Shown piece after piece: positions 8,163 through 17,153 of a stretch of DNA of 53,887 nt. Made by a program: the position numbers and the translations under genes. Position 1 is the stretch's first letter. Every line of letters begins with the position of its first letter. Source of the stretch: Patescibacteria group bacterium. Its GTDB lineage: Bacteria > Patescibacteriota > Patescibacteriia > Magasanikbacterales > UBA922. The notes beneath the pieces are model-generated. The model did no database searches. It saw only the letters and a program-made list of their open reading frames with translations, and had not been told where the DNA came from. The DNA lies in the NCBI GenBank assembly GCA_035290345.1, contig DATDUP010000006.1, forward strand, positions 1 through 53,887, given 5' to 3'.

Positions 8163-9074
8163 TTAATGCTTACCCTTTTTGACTGCGTACTTGATGATCT
8201 CGGCGGCAATGTCCCGTCCAGTTGCTTGGGTGATACCCTCTAAACCTGGATTACAGTTAACCTCAAGAATCTTGGGGCCTTTCTTAGTACGCAGAATATC
8301 AACCCCGGCGATTTGTAAACCGCAGGCCCGAACTGCCGCAAAAGCGGCCCGCTTTTCTGCCTCAGTCATCTCTGCCACCCGCACTCGGCCGCCAAGGTGA
8401 AAATTAGATCGAAATTCGCCCTTCTTGGTGGCCAATCTCTCCATTGCCCCCACAATACGGCTACCGACAATAAATACTCGCATATCTTTTCCGCTTGCTT
8501 CTCGAATATATTCTTGAATCATCAGTGGTGTAGATCTCTGACTGTTAACTAACAGATCTAATAAAGATTTCAAACCTCGCTGACTTTCAATAATCGAAAC
8601 TCCGCTCCCATGCGAACCACTAATGGTCTTTAAAATCACCGGAAAAGAACCAATGTCTTTAATCACTCTCTCTAAGTATTCAGCCGAACGGATAAAATAT
8701 GTTTTGGGAATAGGTAAGCCCTTCTTAGATAAAATCTGCATGGTCCGTAATTTATTCTTAGCCCGCAACACTGCCACCCGCTTGTTAATCACCCGTACTC
8801 CGGCCATCTGAAATTGTTTAATCACGTCGCATTTAAACTCCACATCCTCACGTAAAAAGTTAGCTCTCACCAGCAAAACATCAATCTTGGTTTTCTTGCC
8901 TTTTACCAAGATTTCCGGCCGACGACTCGTGAAACGCAACTGACATTCTCTATCAAAAATTACTTCCACTTGGTGCCCTAATTTTTTCGCTGCTTCGGAC
9001 AATAACAATAAATCTGTACCAGTTGCTTTGCCAGAAACTTCCGGATTCCCAAAGGACAAAATATGAATCTTCAT
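8163..9074 (-). CDS. RimK-family ATP-grasp alpha-L-glutamate ligase-like protein
   Basis: 303 aa. FPVILKTISGSHGSGVSII, MIQEYIREASGKDMRVFIVG and ILEVNCNPGLEGI are typical of the RimK/ATP-grasp family. Confidence 0.8.
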   Translation of the reverse strand: MKIHILSFGNPEVSGKATGTDLLLLSEAAKKLGHQVEVIFDRECQLRFTSRRPEILVKGKKTKIDVLLVRANFLREDVEFKCDVIKQFQMAGVRVINKRVAVLRAKNKLRTMQILSKKGLPIPKTYFIRSAEYLERVIKDIGSFPVILKTISGSHGSGVSIIESQRGLKSLLDLLVNSQRSTPLMIQEYIREASGKDMRVFIVGSRIVGAMERLATKKGEFRSNFHLGGRVRVAEMTEAEKRAAFAAVRACGLQIAGVDILRTKKGPKILEVNCNPGLEGITQATGRDIAAEIIKYAVKKGKH

Positions 9075-9078
9075 ATGA

Positions 9079-9819
9079 TTATTTGTTTGGCGGAAAACAT
9101 TTTTTGATAGCTTCAGTTAAAACTTGGACTAAATATTCCTGATTTTCTACTTGTCGCAAAGTGGTACCGACTTCTAATTGCATGGCGTACTCGTCCTGCG
9201 GTGAGTGACGGTGGAATTGAATCCCCGAAAGCCGACTCCAGCCAGAATAGGCACAACCGACAGTTACTCCCAAGCCCTTATCTGTCTGCAAACGTTCAGT
9301 TAGGATCTGGCTAAACAATTTCACGGTACTTATTTTTGTGGTTATCTCTCCAGTATTACCGCCAACGTCAGCGTGTCTCAGGCTACCATATAATTTCCGT
9401 CCCTGGTGGTGGTTCTTAGCTCCCACCCCAATATCTAAACCGACTGTCATTGATCGAAAACCATGAATATAAACGACTAATGGCTTTTCAACGGCTGTTT
9501 CTTTGGCTTTTTGACAAAAGAAAGCAATGTCTTGGTAAAAAACTTTCATGGCCGGCTTTTTCTTTTTCCAAAGATACTTGTCCGAACGACTGGACCAAGA
9601 GAGAACGTTGAAATCTTCTACCATCTCACCCCTTTTTTTTGCTCGACTATTGTTTGGTTTTAAATATTTATTATTGACCACCAGACTTGCCCCCAGATGT
9701 CGCGCCAATTTTCTGGCCAGACGACCTGTCAACAAATCATCACCAGCGGCATGGGGCGCCACAATCACATAAGGAGCAGAGCCAGCCCGTTGGTAACCAT
9801 ACTCAGTCTTAATCACCAT
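9079..9819 (-). CDS. putative N-formylglutamate amidohydrolase-like / gamma-glutamyl hydrolase-like protein (tentative)
   Basis: YVIVAPHAAGDD..., VVYIHGF and ...YAMQLEV resemble the FGase-type zinc amidohydrolase pattern. This is recognised by eye only. Confidence 0.35.
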   Translation of the reverse strand: MVIKTEYGYQRAGSAPYVIVAPHAAGDDLLTGRLARKLARHLGASLVVNNKYLKPNNSRAKKRGEMVEDFNVLSWSSRSDKYLWKKKKPAMKVFYQDIAFFCQKAKETAVEKPLVVYIHGFRSMTVGLDIGVGAKNHHQGRKLYGSLRHADVGGNTGEITTKISTVKLFSQILTERLQTDKGLGVTVGCAYSGWSRLSGIQFHRHSPQDEYAMQLEVGTTLRQVENQEYLVQVLTEAIKKCFPPNK

Positions 9820-9823
9820 AAGC

Positions 9824-10795
9824 CTAGATTTTTTGAGGAACGATTTTTGAATAACGCCTAATTATTTTCTGTACTCCTGCTTTTGTTAACAGACCCTTCT
9901 GGGCCCCAATCTTTTGCACCACTCCGCCCGCATTGGCTGTCCCCCACTGCATAGCTTCAGTCAGACTCTTTCCCGCAGTTAAGGCCGAAAGAAATCCACT
10001 AGCGTAAGCATCCCCAGCCCCAGTTTTAGCCAATGGCTTCAGAGGGTAAGAAGGCAGGTGATATCTCTCCTGGCCTGAAGACAAATATGACCCTTGCGTA
10101 GAATCAGTTATCACTACAATCTTTATTCCCAGCTTATGGAAACGAGCCATATTCGTTTCAATTTCTTTACCACCTACGATCTTCTCAGCTTCTTGTTTGT
10201 TTACGAATAAAAGATCCAAACGGGGCAATATTTTTCTCAAAGTCTTTAATCCATCCTTGATTTGAAATGAGCCGGGGTTACAGGCCAATTTTATCTCTGG
10301 ATGGGCTTTCAAATATTTCAATAAATTAGCCTGTAAACTGGCATGGGAAGCACCAAGAGAGGTGAAGTAAATCCACCTGGTAGTGGCCAGAGCGGGAAGA
10401 GTATAACGACGAGGTACATGATAGGCTAAAATAGTACGTTCACCTTGATAATTTAAGACCACAGAAAACCGCGTCTCCTGCTTGGGCCATAAATGTACCC
10501 AACGGATGTCTACTTCCGCTCTTTCCAGTTCTTCTTTTATTAATTGCCCATTTAAATCAGCCCCCAATTCAGTCACAATCGCTGTTTTCAACCCCAGCCG
10601 CCGACAACCCACCGCCACATTAGCCGCATTACCGCCGATAGATTGAACAGTTTGCTCAATCGGCACCTTGTCAGCATAGTTAAAACACAAAAGACAGTTT
10701 TCTTTTTTCAGATCACAAGTCACCCGCGCCTTTTGGTGGTCAATAATTATATTACTGTCCACTGTGGAATCCCCAATGGTAATTACATCAAACAT
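9824..10795 (-). CDS. PfkB-family carbohydrate kinase (ribokinase-like)
   Basis: GGNAANVAVGCRRLGL and the C-terminal TGAGDAYASGF signature. Confidence 0.85.
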   Translation of the reverse strand: MFDVITIGDSTVDSNIIIDHQKARVTCDLKKENCLLCFNYADKVPIEQTVQSIGGNAANVAVGCRRLGLKTAIVTELGADLNGQLIKEELERAEVDIRWVHLWPKQETRFSVVLNYQGERTILAYHVPRRYTLPALATTRWIYFTSLGASHASLQANLLKYLKAHPEIKLACNPGSFQIKDGLKTLRKILPRLDLLFVNKQEAEKIVGGKEIETNMARFHKLGIKIVVITDSTQGSYLSSGQERYHLPSYPLKPLAKTGAGDAYASGFLSALTAGKSLTEAMQWGTANAGGVVQKIGAQKGLLTKAGVQKIIRRYSKIVPQKI

Positions 10796-10837
10796 AAAAT
10801 AATTTTACCTGCTTATTATAACAAAAAAACCAGCTAA

Positions 10838-11500
10838 TCAAAACTGCAAAAATTCTTGCCAACGTAAATAAAGAGATCGGGTGGCGGCCAAATCACCAGC
10901 ACAATAACGGGCAATAGTGTCAAACTGTTTCTCGCTAAATAACCGGCCAACGTCCTTACCAGAAATACCGCCTGATTTTGGAGAGTCAATACCAAAGGCC
11001 TTGCAATAAAAATCTAAATTGAATTTTCGATGAGCACCATAAAATTGCAATTGATCCAATAAATCTACATGTTCCTGACTAGTATAACGGTAAGGAACCA
11101 GATTTCGGCTAGGCTTTACTCCTAAAATTGCCGAACGGAGTAACAGCACCGGACAATCAAAACCACGACCATTAAAAGTAACAAAACGATCGGCCCGACC
11201 AATCGCCTGCCAAAATCGTTCTAAAATTTCCTTTTCTGTTCCTGACCAATATTTGATATTTCCTTCTTCCCACTCTTTTTTTTCTTCAGAGACAAAGTAC
11301 ACACCGCCTTTTTCGGTTTCCGCTGATAAAAGACCAATGGCCACCACCTGATTAGTCAGGGCCCACAGCGACATTTCTTCCTTGGTTTTTTTCTCCTCTT
11401 CTGTGGTTTTGGCTTGCTTCAGTAGATAAACCTGCTGCTCTTTATCAAAATCGGAAAAAGATTGGGCCACGGTTTCGATATCGAAAATAATCGTATTCAT
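10838..11500 (-). CDS. DEDD-type 3'-5' exonuclease (PolB-exonuclease-like, RNase H fold)
   Basis: IIFDIET, FNGRGFDCPVL and YCAGDLAATRSLY correspond to the Exo I/II/III motifs. Confidence 0.7.
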   Translation of the reverse strand: MNTIIFDIETVAQSFSDFDKEQQVYLLKQAKTTEEEKKTKEEMSLWALTNQVVAIGLLSAETEKGGVYFVSEEKKEWEEGNIKYWSGTEKEILERFWQAIGRADRFVTFNGRGFDCPVLLLRSAILGVKPSRNLVPYRYTSQEHVDLLDQLQFYGAHRKFNLDFYCKAFGIDSPKSGGISGKDVGRLFSEKQFDTIARYCAGDLAATRSLYLRWQEFLQF

Positions 11501-11510
11501 AGATGATTAA

Positions 11511-11966
11511 TTATTGACTGAGCATATACATGGCAATACCGGCCGCGACACTGACATTCAGGCTTTCCTTGCGCCCCTGCATGGGTATATGAACAACTTG
11601 GTCGCAAAGTTTCATAATCGATTCGGAAATTCCATCCACCTCATTCCCCACCAACAGAGCGAGTGGTTTTTTTGTCTTTCTTACTTTTTTTATATCTACA
11701 CTTTTAGCGGTCTTCTCCAGGGCGATTACCCTAACCCCGGCCTGGCGTAATTCCCGTAACAAACAAGGAAGATCTTGCCGATTTTCCCAAGCCATCCATT
11801 TTTCCGCTCCTAACGAGACTTTGTCTATCTGGGGCTTAGGGGGGCAAGGTGTATAACCAACTAAATATATTTTAGCAAAACCACAAGCATCAGCAGTGCG
11901 AAACATCGCTCCCACATTATGACACGAACGAATATCCGGTAAAATGAGAAAAAGAGTCCTTTTCAT
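11511..11966 (-). CDS. SpoU/TrmH-family RNA 2'-O-methyltransferase
   Basis: NVGAMFRTADACG, LLVGNEVDGIS and IPMQGRKESLNVSVAAGIAMY. I prefer the internal start MKRTLFLIL. Confidence 0.85.
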   Translation of the reverse strand: MKRTLFLILPDIRSCHNVGAMFRTADACGFAKIYLVGYTPCPPKPQIDKVSLGAEKWMAWENRQDLPCLLRELRQAGVRVIALEKTAKSVDIKKVRKTKKPLALLVGNEVDGISESIMKLCDQVVHIPMQGRKESLNVSVAAGIAMYMLSQ

Positions 11967-12029
11967 AAACAAACAGAAATATTGTCTCATAATCCCATCT
12001 AAACGACAACACCGCCAGTAACAGCGGTG

Positions 12030-12815
12030 TCATCCTCCTACAGAAACAAGCAAAGACATGGTAAGAGCGGCCGAGGTGGGAATCAGCAGGTTATCATACT
12101 TCCCACTGATCAATTCGGCCCAAGAAGCCACTACGGTGGCTATGGCAAGGATGAGATAGGCGAAAATCGGACTGACTGTTGCTGGTAAAAGCGGAAATTG
12201 CTCTCGGGGCAGCAAAACAATCAGAGTTGTGGCTATCAAGCCGGCCCCCAGGCCAGACAAAAAACCACCCCAAGACTTTCCCCGAGCCGGCCCCCAGGCA
12301 ATAACCTTTATTGGCCAATACATCCCGAACTTAGCACACGGATCAACTGTGGCAAAGATCAGCCCAGTACCAGCAGCGATCCAGGGGGCATCAACCAAGG
12401 TACAGACGACCCAAGCTAAACCCAGGCCGGACAGACTGACCAGGACATTGCTCGGCCGATTCTTTTCCGTTTCACGAAAAAGATACTGAGCCAGCCACTG
12501 AGACAGGACAAACCGTTGCCCTTCCCTTTTGACGTTTACCACCTTGACTCGATACCAGTCCAGGACCCAGACTATCGGACCAATGGTAAACAGCAGCCAG
12601 CCGACAGTGGCCAGACTCACCCCGACGATCTGGAGCAGAAACCAGGCAGCCAGCCCGGCCGAGGAATGAAACAACCCACGGAACAATTCCCGTCGGCCGT
12701 CCCACTTGCCTCCCCAACCGCGCATCCTTTTTATCGCTCTCTTCAAATTCTTCATCACCACCCTCCTCAGGATTGGTTGTCTCTGAAATAATGTACTAGA
12801 GGCTATTTTACTCAA
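12030..12815 (-). CDS. polytopic membrane protein, possibly of the CTP-transferase/dolichol-kinase-like family (tentative)
   Basis: About 7 hydrophobic helices. ARGKSWGGFLSG resembles the GKS-x-EG motif of the CdsA/dolichol kinase family. The start codon is uncertain. Confidence 0.35.
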   Translation of the reverse strand: MSKIASSTLFQRQPILRRVVMKNLKRAIKRMRGWGGKWDGRRELFRGLFHSSAGLAAWFLLQIVGVSLATVGWLLFTIGPIVWVLDWYRVKVVNVKREGQRFVLSQWLAQYLFRETEKNRPSNVLVSLSGLGLAWVVCTLVDAPWIAAGTGLIFATVDPCAKFGMYWPIKVIAWGPARGKSWGGFLSGLGAGLIATTLIVLLPREQFPLLPATVSPIFAYLILAIATVVASWAELISGKYDNLLIPTSAALTMSLLVSVGG

Positions 12816-12819
12816 CTAA

Positions 12820-12851
12820 CTTAAAAAAGAAAACCCCGCGTTTTCGCGGGG
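12820..12851 (-). terminator. intrinsic terminator after the coiled-coil protein gene
   Basis: The - strand reads CCCCGCG-aaaa-CGCGGGG followed by TTTTCTTTTTT (stem arms at 12834-12840 and 12845-12851). Confidence 0.75.
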
Positions 12852-12879
12852 TCTAACTACTAACCTTAATCAGGAAGTA

Positions 12880-13884
12880 TTACATTGATTGAACTGTAAT
12901 TTCCAAACCAGAATTTTCCAAGGAAACTTCCTCACCATCAACAGTATTGACCTTCACTCCCGAGTTTATCTTTTCTATTTTTTGCGCTTGCCACTGTTGT
13001 TTGGTTTCTTGATATTTCTCCTGATTAGCCTTTAAGGCTTCGTTCCGTTCTTTCCAAAGCAACTGTAATTTTATTATCGCCCCCTCATCACCATTTTTAA
13101 TGGCTTGCAAAAGCTCCTGCTTTTCAATTTTATATTTCTCTTGAATCTTGGCCTGATCCTCAATCTTGGCTTTAACTGCCTCTAGGTGAGCCCTCACCTC
13201 ATCCGGCATTTTATCCTTGGCCATATTTTGAAACATTTTCTGACCTTGCTTTTGTACCTTTTCCCTTAATTGATCAAATTTCTCCTGTTGTTCCGGGGGG
13301 AGCTTTTCTTCTAGTTTGTTCATGACTTCCTCTTTTTTGTCTTGGTAAATAATGACCTGCTGTTGGAGCTGCTCTACTTTATCAGCCTCTTTACTGGTCC
13401 ATTTCTCCTGCTGGGCTTCTAACTTTTCCACATGATCTTGAGCCCGTAACATAATCTTTTCTGCCCAAGCCTGCATCTTGGGATCCTGAGTTTTTTCGGC
13501 AATATGTTCAATGATTCGCAATCTCTCATTTGCGTACTGCATTTGCTTTTCTGCTTTGCGCAAAGGATCAGGGGTAAGCAAAAGAGAAATTCTTTCTCTA
13601 AAACCGCGCCACAATAAAGACCAACGAGTTGGATCCTTCTCTACTTTGTAATCCGACGACCCTACCCCATCTACTTTTTCTTCTGTTGCTGGATTAGTGG
13701 CAATAAGAACCGGCTCAGCCTCCATCCCACCAGCGTCACCAGTGGCGTCTGCTGTCAGACTGGCCGTAGTTACGGCTTCAATCTCAATGGCTGGCAGAGT
13801 CTCGGTGGCCTGAACCGAAGCCGCACCCCAAACCAGGGTAAGGGCAAAAATGAGGGCCAAAACTCCTAAAAATATGTTTCTCAT
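12880..13884 (-). CDS. secreted coiled-coil protein (signal peptide, Lys/Glu/Gln-rich)
   Basis: The N-terminus MRNIFLGVLALIFALTLVWGAASVQA is followed by long heptad-like E/K/Q-rich sequence. It resembles DUF5667-type CPR proteins from memory, which I have not verified. Confidence 0.6.
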   Translation of the reverse strand: MRNIFLGVLALIFALTLVWGAASVQATETLPAIEIEAVTTASLTADATGDAGGMEAEPVLIATNPATEEKVDGVGSSDYKVEKDPTRWSLLWRGFRERISLLLTPDPLRKAEKQMQYANERLRIIEHIAEKTQDPKMQAWAEKIMLRAQDHVEKLEAQQEKWTSKEADKVEQLQQQVIIYQDKKEEVMNKLEEKLPPEQQEKFDQLREKVQKQGQKMFQNMAKDKMPDEVRAHLEAVKAKIEDQAKIQEKYKIEKQELLQAIKNGDEGAIIKLQLLWKERNEALKANQEKYQETKQQWQAQKIEKINSGVKVNTVDGEEVSLENSGLEITVQSM

Positions 13885-14134
13885 ATCTAATTATTAATTA
13901 ATTTATCCTCTCCTAGAGGTATTATAGGACCACGGACCAATAGTGGCAAGGGCTATTTTTTAGCCAACAGAGGTGCGGGGTAGAAATAAAAAAACAGCCA
14001 CCAAAAGCATGATGCCTGCCAAGAAATAATAATAAACGAAAGAAAAATTTTGTCCCAGGGCATTTTCCCTTTGATCTTTTTCGATCATATTTTTGTTTTT
14101 ATTTTTGTTTTTCACTCATCATTATAGCAGAAAA

Positions 14135-14163
14135 TTGACCTTTTGTCAACAGTGTCGTAAAAT
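14135..14163 (+). promoter_or_regulatory. sigma70-type promoter upstream of the 7TM gene
   Basis: TTGACC (14135-14140), a 17-nt spacer, then TAAAAT (14158-14163). Confidence 0.45.
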
Positions 14164-14181
14164 ATATCTATAACAAATCCC

Positions 14182-15036
14182 ATGAATTTCTACGCCATCT
14201 CTTCTTTGGTCAACATTATCGCCCTAACTATCTTGGTGGTCGTCTTGTTAATTAAAAGAAAAACTAATCGGGCACTAGGATACTTCGGCATATTTAATCT
14301 TTTCGTCCTGGGCTGGTCCTTGGGATATTTTTTTTGGCAGACTTCCGCTAGTTTCAACCACGCCCTCTTCTGGGTAAAGTTTTTTATGTTCACCGCCATC
14401 TGGACCGCCCCAATTTTTTTTCATTTTGTCTGTGTCCTGATAGAAAAAGAAGGCCAAAAAATCCCCTGGATAATCACCAGCTATTTTAGCGCCATTCCTT
14501 TTAGTTATTTAAACTTCAATTCCACCCTATTCATTCGTACTTTAGAAAAAAAACTGGATATCCTTTTTTTCCCAACCGCCGGCCCCCTCTTTTTTCTCTT
14601 TCTTCTTCAGTGGGCCAGCTGGTTCGCTTGGGCGTTTTTTCTCATCTTCCAGGCTAGAAATTCTTGTTCAAACGATGAAGAAAAAAAATTCCTTAAAGCA
14701 ATCGGAGTCGGCACCTTAATCTCAGTAGCCTGTGGGAGTGTGAACTACTTTCTGTGGTTTAATCTCCCTGTCCCTCCCATTACTACGATGATTGTCAGCC
14801 TATATGGACTGGTGGTCTCGGCCACTCTGATGCAAAAAAAATCTGGCCCCACTAATTTACGACTTTTCGAGTTAATTAGCGCAACCATTGTCTTTGTTTC
14901 CCTTATCCAATTCGTCCTGGGCTATTTACTAGACTTCCCCGCCAGTCAGTGGTTAGCCTTGGGAATCATCCTCATTATCACTCCAATTTTAGCGGCTAAT
15001 CACCTCATTCATCATTCTCAACTAACCCATGGCTAA
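14182..15036 (+). CDS. stand-alone polytopic membrane protein resembling the N-terminal 7TM sensor module of histidine kinases/cyclases, with no output domain
   Basis: 284 aa with about 7-8 hydrophobic helices. The N-terminus NFYAISSLVNIIALTILVVVLL...GWSLGYFFW resembles a sensor module. The 3' end overlaps the recombinase gene by 8 nt. Confidence 0.45.
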   Translation: MNFYAISSLVNIIALTILVVVLLIKRKTNRALGYFGIFNLFVLGWSLGYFFWQTSASFNHALFWVKFFMFTAIWTAPIFFHFVCVLIEKEGQKIPWIITSYFSAIPFSYLNFNSTLFIRTLEKKLDILFFPTAGPLFFLFLLQWASWFAWAFFLIFQARNSCSNDEEKKFLKAIGVGTLISVACGSVNYFLWFNLPVPPITTMIVSLYGLVVSATLMQKKSGPTNLRLFELISATIVFVSLIQFVLGYLLDFPASQWLALGIILIITPILAANHLIHHSQLTHG

Positions 15037-16018
15037 CGAATTGAAAAAATATTCACGCGATTTCTTGGAATATCTAGAAATCGAAAAAAACCGGAGTGAA
15101 AAAACTATCCGCAATTATGATTTCTACCTCCAACGCTTTTTGCATTGGTTTGGCGAAAACAAAAAGCCGGATAAGCTGGCCGCTGAAGACGTGCGCCAAT
15201 ACCGCCTTTGGCTAAATCGCCTCACTGATGTTCACGGTGATCCACTGAAAAAAAATACTCAAAACTATCACCTCATCGCCCTCCGCTCTTTCCTGAAATA
15301 CCTGGCTAAACGCGACATCCAGACTCTGGTTCCGGAAAAAATTGAACTAATGAAAATGCCAGATCGGGAGGTTTCTTTTTTAGACGGCGACGATCTGGAA
15401 AGACTTCTGTCAGCGCCGTTCCAAGTGGCCCGAATAGACCAAAACCAAAATGCCGAAAAAAAAGGGCGAACCCCAATTTCTGTCCTGATTGCCTTTCGCG
15501 ACAAAGCAATCTTAGAATTGCTTTTCTCCACCGGCCTGCGCGTTTCCGAACTGGTCTCCCTTAAAAAAGAAAATGTTAATCTGAAAAAAGAAGAATTCTC
15601 CGTCCGCGGTAAAGGCCAAAAGACCCGAGTTGTCTTTCTCTCCAACCAGTCTCGTTATTGGCTGACCAAATACCTAGCCCTGCGAACTGACCTCAATCCC
15701 TTTCTTTTTGTTTCTCATGACAAAAGAACCGGGAATCAAAAAACCAACGGAACAGACCAACCCCTGACCAGCCGTTCTGTTCAACGCACTATCCAAAAAT
15801 ACGCCCGGGCGGCGGGTATCACCAAGCCTGTTACGCCCCACACCCTCCGCCATTCCTATGCTACTGACCTTTTGCGCAATGGCGCTGATATCCGCAGTGT
15901 CCAAGCCATGCTCGGACATGCTTCCATTACCACGACCCAAATTTACACCCACGTCACTGATCAAGAGCTTAAACGTGTCTTTCAGAGATACCACAATCGG
16001 AAACAAAACTCGGATTGA
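15029..16018 (+). CDS. tyrosine recombinase, XerC/XerD-like
   Basis: N-terminal SAM-like domain (EKTIRNYDFYLQRFLHWF) and catalytic region GLRVSE...HTLRHSYATDLLRNGADIRSVQAMLGHASITTTQIYTHV. Confidence 0.9.
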   Translation: MANELKKYSRDFLEYLEIEKNRSEKTIRNYDFYLQRFLHWFGENKKPDKLAAEDVRQYRLWLNRLTDVHGDPLKKNTQNYHLIALRSFLKYLAKRDIQTLVPEKIELMKMPDREVSFLDGDDLERLLSAPFQVARIDQNQNAEKKGRTPISVLIAFRDKAILELLFSTGLRVSELVSLKKENVNLKKEEFSVRGKGQKTRVVFLSNQSRYWLTKYLALRTDLNPFLFVSHDKRTGNQKTNGTDQPLTSRSVQRTIQKYARAAGITKPVTPHTLRHSYATDLLRNGADIRSVQAMLGHASITTTQIYTHVTDQELKRVFQRYHNRKQNSD

Positions 16019-16053
16019 CTTTTTGTCCGTCTCCCTGTATATTTTTGCTAATT

Positions 16054-16125
16054 GCCCTGATAGTTCAATGGATAGAACATCAGCCTTCTAAGCTGAGAAC
16101 GTAGGTTCGATTCCTACTCAGGGTA
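16054..16125 (+). tRNA. tRNA-Arg (anticodon TCT)
   Basis: Hand-folded cloverleaf. Acceptor GCCCTGA/TCAGGGT (G1-U72), D stem GTTC/GAAC, anticodon stem TCAGC/GCTGA with loop CTTCTAA, T arm GTAGG-TTCGATT-CCTAC. CCA is not encoded. Confidence 0.9.
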
Positions 16126-16153
16126 CAATAATCCATTATCCCCCCATCCCCCT

Positions 16154-16897
16154 ATGAATATCTTCATTTCCGTCGTCGTGCTCGCCGTTTTTCTTTTGAT
16201 CATCAGCGTCAGACAAATCAACGAATACCAACGCGGGATCAAACTGCAGTTCGGCCGTTATCTAAAAACTGTCCAGCCCGGCTGGCGATTAGTTTTTCCG
16301 ATAATCCAAAGCCTGATAAAAGTCGACATCCGGACCAAGGCCGTAGACGTTCCTTTTCAAGATGCCATCACCAAAGATAATGTTTCTGCCAAAATAAATG
16401 CTGTTATTTACTACAAAGTCGCTGATGCGTCCCTGGCCATCTTTGGAGTGGAAAATTTTTGGTTCGCGGTCAGTCAATTAGCTCAGACCACTATGCGGAA
16501 TGTGGTGGGTGAATTAGAGCTAGACGAGCTTTTGGCTAATCGTGAAATGGCGGCCAAAAAAATAAAGGAAATCGTTGACCGAGCAACTGATCCCTGGGGC
16601 ATAAAAGTGGAAAGTGTTGAACTAAAAGACATTCTCCTACCAGAAGAAATGCAGAGGGTCATTGCCAAACAAGCGGAAGCGGAAAGAGAAAAACGGGCAG
16701 TAATTATTAAATCTGGCGGCGAAGTAATCGCCGCAGAAAATCTGGCCAAGGCCGCCTCCTTACTCCACGGCCAGCCCGGCGCCCTTCACCTGCGCACTCT
16801 CAACAGCATCAACGACATCAGTTCTGACCAATCCAACACCGTTATCTTTGCCCTTCCTCTGGAAGTCTTACGAGCTTTTGAAAGAACGGGGAAATAA
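16154..16897 (+). CDS. SPFH/band-7 (stomatin/prohibitin-like) membrane protein
   Basis: N-terminal TM helix followed by INEYQRGIKLQFGRY...PFQDAITKDNVSAKINAVIYYKV...AEAEREKRA. Confidence 0.85.
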   Translation: MNIFISVVVLAVFLLIISVRQINEYQRGIKLQFGRYLKTVQPGWRLVFPIIQSLIKVDIRTKAVDVPFQDAITKDNVSAKINAVIYYKVADASLAIFGVENFWFAVSQLAQTTMRNVVGELELDELLANREMAAKKIKEIVDRATDPWGIKVESVELKDILLPEEMQRVIAKQAEAEREKRAVIIKSGGEVIAAENLAKAASLLHGQPGALHLRTLNSINDISSDQSNTVIFALPLEVLRAFERTGK

Positions 16898-16915
16898 TCA
16901 ACCACCGAGCTGATA

Positions 16916-16944
16916 AACACAACTCACCAGAGTTGTGTTTTATT
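16916..16944 (+). terminator. intrinsic terminator after the SPFH gene
   Basis: AACACAACTC (16916-16925), loop acca, GAGTTGTGTT (16930-16939), followed by TTATT. Confidence 0.7.
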
Positions 16945-16971
16945 GACAAATCGTTTTTTTTGGCTTATAAT
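16943..16971 (+). promoter_or_regulatory. consensus sigma70 promoter for tRNA-His
   Basis: TTGACA (16943-16948), a 17-nt spacer, then TATAAT (16966-16971). It lies about 22 nt upstream of the tRNA. Confidence 0.7.
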
Positions 16972-16992
16972 GCCCCACAAAACCCCTAAAGG

Positions 16993-17065
16993 GGTGGCCA
17001 TGGTGAAATGGTTATCACGCAGGTTTGTGGTACCTGCAGTACGGGTTCAATTCCCGTTGGCCACC
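16993..17065 (+). tRNA. tRNA-His (anticodon GTG) with encoded G-1
   Basis: Acceptor GTGGCCA/TGGCCAC. G-1 (16993) lies opposite discriminator C (17065). D stem GTGA/TCAC, anticodon stem CAGGT/ACCTG with loop TTGTGGT, T arm ACGGG-TTCAATT-CCCGT. Confidence 0.9.
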
Positions 17066-17092
17066 CCTTTGTGGGTTTTATTTTTTTAATAA

Positions 17093-17121
17093 TTGACAAA
17101 AGGCCAATTTTTTGCTATAAT
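17093..17121 (+). promoter_or_regulatory. consensus sigma70 promoter for the acidic-protein gene
   Basis: TTGACA (17093-17098), a 17-nt spacer, then TATAAT (17116-17121). Confidence 0.65.
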
Positions 17122-17153
17122 TTCAGTAAATATTAATTCTAACTACATAATTT

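Noticed and set aside
15029-16125. Tyrosine recombinase immediately followed by tRNA-Arg, which could mark an integrated genomic island or prophage boundary
   Set aside because: The recombinase has the XerC/XerD-type N-terminal domain and sits among housekeeping genes. I found no phage or plasmid genes on either side. I noticed no direct repeat of the tRNA 3' end in the window, though my by-eye repeat search is not exhaustive. Housekeeping Xer is the simpler reading.
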